NCBI GenBank assembly: GCA_000934665.2 | Contig: JYFJ02003497.1 | Location: 1 to 40,790 of the forward strand | Source of the DNA: Catajapyx aquilonaris | Taxonomy: Eukaryota | Length of the DNA: 40,790 bases | Reading direction: 5' to 3' | In this document: in pieces, positions 13,258-22,189 of the stretch | How the letters are laid out: each line of letters opens with the position of its first letter | Position numbering within the stretch: the stretch's first letter is position 1 | Program-made: the position numbers and the translations under genes | The notes under the pieces: model-generated | The model's database searches: none | The model's input: only the letters and a program-made list of their open reading frames with translations | What the model was told of the DNA's origin: nothing

Positions 13258-14100
13258 CTGATGAGGTGGAATGTTGATGCTGGGTTTTGAAGAGTTTTCA
13301 GGTTGAGACGACGCTGGGGACGCCCAGTTTGCTGCGATGGACGGAAAAGGCTGGCAGCTGAGGATGGACCTATAGAGAGGATGCTGTGGGTGGTGTTGGA
13401 TGAGTGGGGGGTGGGGGTGGGGGTGGGTGGGAGGGAGGCCACACCGCCTCCCGCCGCCGCCACTATCAGAGGACAGAAAAGGCAGCAGAGGGACCGACGG
13501 AGGCGACGACGACGACGACGATCCTCATCATATGCATCGCTATATGTATACACCGGCGCGCGCAGGACTCACTTCTGCTTCCGCGCGACCCATACCCTCT
13601 TCTCTATAATATGATTTGGTATACACACTTGCTCTAAGTACACCCCTTCAACAAGTGCCTGGGTTGACAAACATATCTGGGAGACACTTTTATTGCTGGA
13701 AACTGAACCAGGAATATCGGAATAGTTTAGTAGTACACTTTACTCTTCATACGACCGCTTTTAAAGTGAATTTTTAAACGAGTTTAAAGCGGTGCCAATA
13801 ATGTGGCTGCTCTGCATTTCATGTTCAGCATATATTTTAAACAATCAGTAAATGGTTAGGTTTTATTTATGGAACAAAATGGGGGGAAACGCCTGCTCAC
13901 TAGTACAGTACCGTGTGTACATGTCCACATTGATTTAATAGTTTAATTAAGCAATTTAAAAAGGACTACTGTATCTACAGTCGGAATACGATAGTGAGAG
14001 TGGGGCTAGTGGCGCCTCTAGTGGTGGAAATGTCTAAATATTAAAAAGTCGGCCATGTTTGTTGTTACATACTGCATCTAGTTCATCGTTGGACAGGGTA
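13258..14100. promoter_or_regulatory. Divergent promoter / 5' UTR region between gprs (minus) and crn (plus)
   Basis: Head-to-head arrangement with a CpG-rich stretch at ~13300-13590. Minus-strand donors CAG|GTCAGC (13258) and GAA|GTGAGT (13573) and an acceptor at ~12066 suggest gprs 5' UTR exons. Plus-strand donors near 14098 and 14161 and an acceptor at 14343 suggest a crn 5' UTR intron. Confidence 0.5.
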
Positions 14101-14362
14101 AATTCGAGCATTTTTCGTCGTTCGAACGACGCCGAATCATTTGGATTGGAACGAGGAAAGGTAAATTTCATTTGCATCATACTCATTAGTAGGATACGCT
14201 AATTAGCCTGACATAGACACACGCACAAGCACTGCTAAGTTGCATTTAGTGCCAGTACCGCCAGTAACTGCGGTGTGAGTACATATCAGCCAAGTACTGC
14301 CTGTTTTAAAAAAGTATGTATGACCAGTACTGGCTAATTGCAGGTTGAGCCAGAAGCACAAG

Positions 14363-16545
14363 ATGGAAGGACAGTCCGGCGGAATGTCATCTAAACCGCA
14401 GAAGATGCCGAAGGTCGCTCGGGTGAAGAACAAGGCTCCGGCGGAGATCCAGATCACTGCGGAACAGCTGCTGCGAGAGGCCAAGGAGCGGGACCTGGAA
14501 ATCCTTCCACCGCCACCGAAGCAGAAGATTTCCGATCCGGATGAGCTGGCGGACTACCAGGTTCGGAAGCGAAAGGCGTTTGAGGATAACATACGCAAGA
14601 ATAGGGGGATCATCAGCAATTGGATCAAGTACGCGCAGTGGGAAGAGAGCCAGAAGGAAATACAGAGAGCAAGGTCCGTGTACGAACGGGCTTTGGATGT
14701 GGATCATCGCAATATCACGTTATGGCTCAAGTACACCGAGATGGAGATGCGGAACAGGCAGGTCAACCATGCTCGGAATCTGTGGGATCGAGCTGTCACG
14801 ATTCTCCCGAGAGCGAACCAGTTTTGGTACAAGTACACTTACATGGAGGAGATGCTTGGAAATGTTGCGGGCGCTAGACAAGTGTTTGACCGATGGATGG
14901 AATGGGAGCCGGAAGAGCAAGCGTGGCTCACTTACATCAAGTTCGAGCTTCGTTACAAGGAGCTGGAGTTGGCACGTATCATTTACGAGCGGTTTGTGTA
15001 CGTACATCCGGATGTTCGCAACTGGATCAAGTACGCACGCTTTGAAGAACTTCACGGCTTCATTTCTGGGGCAAGAAAGGTGTACGAAAGGGCCGTCGAC
15101 TTTTATGGGGAAGACCATATGGATGAGCGTGTCTTTATTGCCTTTGCCAAGTTCGAGGAAGGGCAGAAGGAGCATGATCGGGCTCGGGTCATATACAGGT
15201 ATGCACATTCGCATTGTGTTGGGAATAAATGAAGTAACATGTAATTTTCTCTGGCAGGTATGCCCTGGAGCATATTCCGAAGGAGCGTGCACAGGAACTG
15301 TACAAGGCGTACACGATTCATGAAAAGAAATATGGTGACCGGGCCGGCATTGAGGATGTGATTGTGAGCAAGCGCAAGTATCAGTATGAGGAGGAAGTTA
15401 TTGCAGATCCATCCAATTATGACTCTTGGTTCGACTACATTCGTCTGATGGAGAGCGAGGGAAACGTGGAGGCCACCCGTGAAGTGTATGAGCGCGCAAT
15501 TGCTAATGTGCCACCAGCGAAAGAGAAGCAATTCTGGCGACGCTACATTTACTTGTGGATCAATTATGCATTGTTTGAAGAATTAGAGGCTGGGGATGTT
15601 GACCGAACACGCCAGGTGTACCGGGCGGGCTTGGAACTTGTCCCTCACAAAGCTTTCACATTTGCCAAGGTGTGGCTGATGTACGCACATTTTGAGATGC
15701 GACAGAAGGACCTGCAGGCTGCCCGAAAATATCTGGGCATGGCCATTGGTATGTGCCCAAAGGACAAGTTATTCAGAGGGTACATTGAGCTTGAAATTCA
15801 GCTACGTGAGTTTGATCGCTGCCGATTGCTGTACCAAAAGTTCATTGAGTTTGGTCCTGAGAACTGCACCACCTGGATGAAGTTTGCGGAATTGGAGGTC
15901 TTGCTGGGAGACACTGACCGTGCCAGGGCTGTGTATGAACTCGCCATCAACCAACCACGATTGGATATGCCTGAGATTCTGTGGAAGGCATACGTCGACT
16001 TTGAGATTGAACAGGAGGAGTATGATCGGGCCAGAAAGCTTTACGAACGACTGCTGGAGCGCACCCAGCATGTCAAGGTTTGGATAAGCTACGCCCAGTT
16101 TGAGCTCTCCATCACAGAACCAACTGACAAACCAGATGAGGAAGGAAACAAGGAAGCGGTGGCCAGAGCAACGAAGGTGTACGAACGTGCCGATCGTGTC
16201 CTGGCCAGTTCTGAAGAAAAGGAGGAGCGTCTGCTGCTCCTTGAAGCGTGGCGTGATTTTGAAACGGCAAACGGCACTGCAGAATCACAAGCGCATGTGC
16301 GGCAGAGGATGCCGAAGCAGGTGAAGCGGCGAAGGCAGGTGCAGCCTGAAAATGGCGGTGACTCTTACTGGGAGGAATACTTCGACTACATCTTCCCTGA
16401 GAACGAGGCGGCCAAACCGAACCTGAAGCTGCTGGCCATGGCGAAGCAGTGGAAGAAGCAGCAGTTGGCAGACAGAGAGCCTGAGGATGACGAGGAAGGG
16501 AACGGGGAAGAAGAGCAAGGGGAGGCAGTGTCCGTGAGAGACTGA
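14363..16545 (+). CDS. crn: Crooked neck / CRNKL1 (Clf1/Syf3) HAT-repeat pre-mRNA splicing factor, 707 aa
   Basis: Exons 14363-15198 and 15258-16545 (59-nt GT-AG intron, phase 2). Diagnostic N-terminus [23 protein letters not shown], tandem HAT repeats ([30 protein letters not shown]), C-terminal [11 protein letters not shown]...[12 protein letters not shown]. Confidence 0.97.
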
Positions 16546-17250
16546 GACAAAACATTGACTGTATTCCCATGTGTTCATATTATCATGTTACTTTTTTTTA
16601 AAATCATGCATAAATATAGATTATAGGCTTTTTGCACTTCCACATTTTCATTCATGGTAAATAATTTTGAGTACTTTCAGTCCAATATTGATACACATCG
16701 AAACTTGTCTACAGAAGAATAAATTCCATTTTAGAAATTCCTGTACTAATTCAGTCGTAGAGATTATTTTTCACAATTTTTCAAAGAATTATATCGTTTC
16801 CAGTGATATTTCGCTGATGAAAAAAAATAATCTCAAGCCACAAAATGGAGAAGGAATTACCGGTGAAATTAACTCGTAAGTGATATACCAGGTACGAAAC
16901 TGACGCAGCATCGGACAAACTGTTCTTCAAAAGATGACTTTGTGAAGGCTGCAAGGTCATATCCATACGCATATGTGTGGTGTTATGTCAATAGTTACCA
17001 CCTGGAGTCTCTTTATTTGCTACTCACTGCTTACATTTGTGAGGTAACTGATGACAATGCTATTATTTGGCCAGTTTGGTCTGTATTACCTAGCACATTT
17101 TATCTATGAATACACTCTTACCTAATATCGGGCGTAGTTTCCAGGCCTCACTTCTTGGTATTGAAATTATGATGTGCAAGTCACACTAGAGACCAAACAT
17201 TATGCAAGACTCGGGGCAAGGCCAAGGCCGACTGTTAGCTCAACTTCGCC

Positions 17251-17258
17251 TATATAAA
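17251..17258 (+). promoter_or_regulatory. TATA box of the small secreted peptide gene
   Basis: TATATAAAGG with GC-rich flanks, 78 nt upstream of the ATG at 17329. Confidence 0.7.
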
Positions 17259-17328
17259 GGCCACGGCTCAATTTACGTGCAATATTCCTCTGCTAATTTT
17301 AAAGCAGTCAGGTCCTTTTGCTTCCAAG

Positions 17329-17608
17329 ATGAAGGCTTTGGTAATACCTGCCCCACACATTTTGCGACATAGTGTCTCACCTAATCATTTTTCAGGCAGT
17401 GCTTTTCGCAGCTTTGCTGCTCGTTTCATTGGCAATGGCTCAGCGCGGGTGGGTTGGTGGACCGGACAGCCTTCCGTATTTCTTGAGAGGCGATGGTGGC
17501 AACCGAGGATATGATGGTAACAGGGGATATGGACGCCAGAACCAGGGTCGTTTCGTGGGGCAAAATGGACATGGAATATACCGTGGAGGTGGAGGAAACC
17601 GGGGTTGA
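17329..17608 (+). CDS. Small secreted Gly/Arg-rich peptide precursor (74 aa; antimicrobial-peptide-like or structural)
   Basis: Exons 17329-17340 (MKAL) and 17396-17608, joined across a 55-nt GT-AG intron: MKALAVLFAALLLVSLAMA|QRGWVGGPDSLPYFLRGDGGNRGYDGNRGYGRQNQGRFVGQNGHGIYRGGGGNRG*. Typical signal peptide, upstream TATA box, 3' UTR intron 17623-17690, AATAAA at ~17779. Confidence 0.85.
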
Positions 17609-18024
17609 GTGACATTCATTAGGTAAGTACACGTTACTCCGTTTATTATCGACCTTTTCAAGGGACTTGATGGCCAATTTCTGATTTCAGATTCTTCTCA
17701 GAGGATCGGCTTGAAAACGAGACACTTAATGCTGCGTGCGCTTGTTGTATTGTAAAACTACAGCTTCTTGAACACGATAATAAATCAGAACCATTAAGCA
17801 GTGTTTCTTTAAAAATTTTCTTGCTTGACTTTTGCATGGTACAGGATATGTTGGGTACACTACACTTTTTTGCAATGTTTGTAATCCAATTTTACACAAC
17901 ACAATGCATTTCATGAGGTAAGCTTATACCCACCTTCCGAAGCCATTCACAATGTCGAAAATCTTCTGCGTCACACTCCAATGTATGTTCCTTCATACAG
18001 TATTTCGAAACAAATCCACTGATT

Positions 18025-19803
18025 CTAAATCGGGGGAGTTAAACCCGGAGAACCATCCACAACGCTGTACCATTTTGTTAAGGTGTTTGGATGTGGCAAA
18101 GTTGACTTGAAACGTTTCCTCATATAATTGTAGGCCTTTCCTGCAAACAAAACATACCTATTGTAGTATTATTGCCAAATGTTGCGAAGATGGGCAACGT
18201 AATTTATTAAATATCAAGAAATATTGCACAAATAATATTCTGATGCAGGCCTGCATGGAAATTAAATGTTCGGATTAGTGTTGCTAGTGACCCTAGCAAA
18301 ATGCCTTTGGTCACATCGGCCGAGGCAAAGCTGTTTGAAATATTGATTTCAGCAGAGCAACATGATCTACATTCAAAGAGAGCTCTAATTTACACATGTA
18401 CCGGTACCCAATAGTTATATCTTTGCACATGAATTCCTACCAGAATACAAACGCAGGGTCAATGCAAATGCTCTGAGTTCTGGTGTATATTTTCTCCCAG
18501 TCGCAGTCTTAAGAAAGGTTGCACGTTTCAGTCGCTCAGCTGCTGGTCCGCGAAATGCATTCTGAAAGGGGGGAAAATATGTCAGGCCAAAGTACAAGAT
18601 GATGCCATTTGCTTATTGAATAATTTTTTATGGGACATTTAATCACAGCCTCTAAAAGATGTGACATACCTCAAGCAGGTCTGAATCAGCATCACTTACA
18701 AGTGATTTCTTATGTCGGGTTTTCAAAACTTCTTTCAAAACAGCAACTCGTTTTTCCAGTCGTTTATTCTTCTGAAGTAGGTTCCTGATTTGTAAACGAC
18801 TTTGGAGGTGCTCCTTATGAGCCAATAACAGACAGTTTTGCGCTTTAGTTGGGGATGACATGTCCTCCATAGTGAAGTCTCCCACGTATCTGTAGCACTT
18901 CTTTTTAGGACGAGGTGGAGCGTGACTGTCGCTTGCAACTGGCAACTCATCTCCTTCAGAACAGATGTAAGAAGAAGGTGTTTGATTCTTATCCCAATAT
19001 CCATACCAATTACCAGCACCTAAGGCCATACTTTATGACATAAATCCTAATGTTTCTCTTAAAAGTACCTGCTGAAATTGCCGATGAGCTTGGATGCGGT
19101 TGGGATGGCCTACAATCTTCACTTTCCGCAGGGTCTGGTTGAGGTTGGGATGGCCTACATTCTTCACTTTCCGCAGGATCTGGTTGAGGTTGGGATGGCC
19201 TACAATCTTCACTTTCCGCAGGGTCTGGTTGAGGTTGGGAAGGCCTACAATCTTCACTTTCCGCAGGGTCTGGTTGAGGTTGGGTTGTACATTCTACAGG
19301 TTCGGGTGCAGCAACTCGTTTTAATGCACGACGGCCCTCCCTTTTCTTAGGCAAATGTTGCGGAAAATTGAAAATCGTGGGTACAGCACCTTTCCTAAGC
19401 CAGTGCCCACCAAATCCCTCCTTATTGAAGCAATTCGGTTCAAAATGCTTCGAACAAACTTTAGTATATTTTGTTGGTGCGAATCCATCTCTTCTTATAG
19501 CAACCAACCATTGCTTCTTCACATCTGAATTGTTTGGGAAACTTTAAAAAAAAATATAGATATGCAAATAAGTAGCATATAATCTAGCTATAAAATTATT
19601 TCAATGAGACCATATGAGAAAATGCCCAAATGAACATTTGACTATTTAAATGGTATTACCCAGTACTTGTTGTACTAAACTATTTCGTTATTACCTAACA
19701 GTACTTGTTGCACTAGACTAATTTGTTATTACCTATGAAAAGTAATGTCGCTTCCTTTCGCAAATCTTTCTTTGCATGAAATTGCACAGCAACTCACGAC
19801 CAT
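18025..19803 (-). CDS. THAP-domain protein derived from a P-element/THAP9 transposase, truncated before the catalytic domain (354 aa, 5 exons)
   Basis: Exons (minus): 19803-19733, 19541-19069, 18953-18670, 18561-18441, 18140-18025. All GT-AG and phase-consistent; 1065 nt. THAP C2CH signature MVVSCCAISC...FHSFP...W...VCSKHF...LRKGAVPTIF; coiled coil IRNLLQKNKRLEKRVAVLKEVL; P-transposase motif KYTPELRAFALTLRLYSGKAYNYMRKRFKSTLPHPNTLTKWYSVVDGSPG, then a stop. Confidence 0.85.
19098..19284 (-). repeat. Coding minisatellite, 45 bp x 4 (QPQPDPAESEDCRPS) inside the THAP gene
   Basis: Units start at 19098, 19143, 19188 and 19233 (partial at 19278). They are near-identical, in frame and have no spacers. 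Confidence 0.95.
19661..19735. repeat. 38-bp tandem duplication at the THAP gene intron-1 donor
   Basis: CAGTACTTGTTGTACTAAACTATTTCGTTATTACCTA (19661-19697) and CAGTACTTGTTGCACTAGACTAATTTGTTATTACCTA (19699-19735). Confidence 0.8.
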
Positions 19804-20015
19804 TTTTTTTTTTGGCGGATCTTGTCCCATGGGTTGGCACCACCTGATCATTAGTAGCCGGTTAAATACTAATTTAAATTTAATTCAACAAATAATTAAA
19901 TAACATTATTTTGTATAACACTTAAACTATTGGGGCGGTTAATAACTTAAAGTTAAACAGGTAGATGGCAGGGCAAGCGCCATTTTTTGTTTTGTTTTTT
20001 AAAGTTGAATTCAAG
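19804..20015. promoter_or_regulatory. Short bidirectional promoter between the THAP gene and WDR12
   Basis: The two start codons are only 212 bp apart, head-to-head. AT-rich core, GGGGCGG box, CTCF-like CAGGTAGATGGCAG (19958-19971), and a YY1-like CAAGATGGCG over the WDR12 ATG. Confidence 0.65.
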
Positions 20016-21745
20016 ATGGCGTCGACTGCGAGCACTTCGTCTCAACTCCAGGCAGTTTTGTCCACCAAACAGGAAAGGTACTGCCCGTTCATACCTTCTA
20101 ATCCCACCGATTTGTCGGGAAACACTGTACAATTACGAATTACCACAATTGCGACCGTAAATTTGAGCGCATTTGGTCATTTTGAGGACGGTTATGCGTC
20201 ACCACGTGGTTGCATATGGCTAATGTCCCGGCAGGTTGTGATTATTCCTCTTTCAATCAATCAATCAATCAATCATTTTACCTCAGGGACTATTGCTCTT
20301 TAATGCGGTGGTTTATTCGGACAGGTATGCGGTTCCTGACGTCCCCTTGGCCATACCGGCGGACGTGAGCATCAAGGACCTGAGCTCCATAGTCAACAGG
20401 CTGCTACAAGGTAAGCCGTTTGCAGCCGGATTGATTCCAGTTGATTGATCGTTGCAATTTTCATTTTTAATAGAAAGCAGAGATGAGCATCAGGAGATTG
20501 AGTTTGATTTCTTGGTCGGCGGAGAATTCTTGCGTGTGCCGCTTTCGGAGCATCTCCAGGAACGGGATCTGTCCTCGGAGGATGTGGTGTCTATTGAGTA
20601 TCTGGAGAGACTCCCTGCGCCTGAGCCGGAGGATTGCCTGCATCATGACGATTGGGTGTCCGCGGTTAGGTGCCAAGGAGATTGGATCTTGTCTGGAAGC
20701 TACGACAACTCGCTTCACTTGTGGACTACGAGGGGGAAGCATCGTTTGGCCATTCCAGGGCATATGGAACCGGTCACGGCTGTTACTTGGGTCAAACATG
20801 AAGGAGACATTGCTAGTTTCATCAGGTTCGCATTGACGTAGAAAGCCTTTTGATTTGCTTTTCTCTACAATTGCTATTTTCCAGCACATCTCAAGACCAG
20901 ACGGCAATGGTGTGGCGCTGGAATCTGGAGCAGAACTCCGTTGAGTGTGTTCAGGTATGTCGCGGCCACCAGCGTAGCGTACAGTGTGTGGGCGTGGATC
21001 CGACTAGTACGCACATGGCCACCGGCAGCTGGGACAACATGCTGAAGATATGGGGTCTTGACGATAGCCCTGAAAACCTCGACAGCAACGAGAGTAGCGG
21101 AATCACACCCTCCAAAAAGAGGCGTCTGGATGCCAACACACGTGTCCCAATCCTGACATTGCAAGGACACAAGGAGTGTGTGTCTGGCTTGGTCTGGATT
21201 GATTCGTCCCAGATATGCACATGCAGTTGGGATCACACGTTGAGGGTGTGGGACGTGTCGACCCAGAGCAAATCTGGTGGAAGTAAACTGGAGCTGCCTG
21301 GAAACAAAGCGTTTATGGATTTGTGCTGGACGCGCCACAACCCACACTGTGTGCTGACAGCATCGGCTGACTCTTTGGTGCGCATGTATGACGTGCGGTC
21401 TGTTGACGGATCTGTTGTGAAAGCAAGTTTCAAGTCTCACAAAGGATGGGTGTCTCAAGTATGTTGGGCTGAAGACGATCCGAATCTGTTTGTGTCCGCT
21501 GCTTTCGACATGCTCATGAAGATGTGGGACATCAGGAGGTGAGTTGTTGCTTGCCATACCATGAATTTGGGTGTATCTGTACCGCTAACATGTGATATTT
21601 CAGCCCCAAGGCTCCGCTGTACGACATGACTGGACACCGCGACAAGATAATGTGCTGTGACTGGAGTAATCCAGAGCTGATGATGTCGGGAGGTGCCGAT
21701 AACATGATCAGGATTTACAGCCGCAAGACAGGCCAACAAATATGA
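20016..21745 (+). CDS. WDR12: Ribosome biogenesis protein WDR12/Ytm1 (NLE/ubiquitin-like domain + WD40 repeats; PeBoW complex), 431 aa
   Basis: Exons 20016-20077, 20325-20410, 20474-20825, 20885-21538, 21604-21745 (1296 nt, GT-AG, phase-consistent). Motifs: [68 protein letters not shown]. Confidence 0.95.
20253..20275. repeat. (TCAA)n microsatellite in WDR12 intron 1
   Basis: Five full TCAA units plus a partial one. Confidence 0.8.
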
Positions 21746-22189
21746 TGGAGACTAATTTCGCTATAATTTCGCAGCCTGCAGCTTGATTTCAGACATTCTG
21801 CCACCTCTATTTTTTATTGAAGTAACATCCAATAGCTTCAGTTAACCATGAAAAAGTGTTTTCAGTTGAACCATGGTTTTTTCTGCATGTTGGAATTGCT
21901 TGTTTTGGCAACCATTCATCCTGACGCATGCATGTAATTCATTGTCAACAATTCAGTTTGTACGAGATGTAAAATTCATACATAAGTTGTGCAAATATAG
22001 GCTGAAGATATACCAAAATCCTTATCGCATGTTATGTTACACCATTTCCTACGGATCCGACTTTGTAGGGAAACCACCAACTCCTGTACGAAGCACACTG
22101 CACAGGTTATCCGCGTGCAACAAGAAAAAAGGGGGAAAAGGTGATCAGTAATAAAAATTCTGTGAAATGTTCAGGGTTCTGAAAACCTT

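Noticed and set aside
14387..16578. Long antisense and alternative-frame ORFs over crn (and 20467-21557 over WDR12)
   Set aside because: Expected by-products of GC-rich codon usage in conserved coding exons.
19098..19284. Regular direct repeats as a possible CRISPR array
   Set aside because: The units are contiguous with no unique spacers, are in frame within a eukaryotic exon, and there are no cas genes.
17800..19900. Complete autonomous P-like transposon
   Set aside because: No catalytic-domain coding sequence, TIRs or 8-bp TSD found, and there is no space for them between the neighbouring genes.
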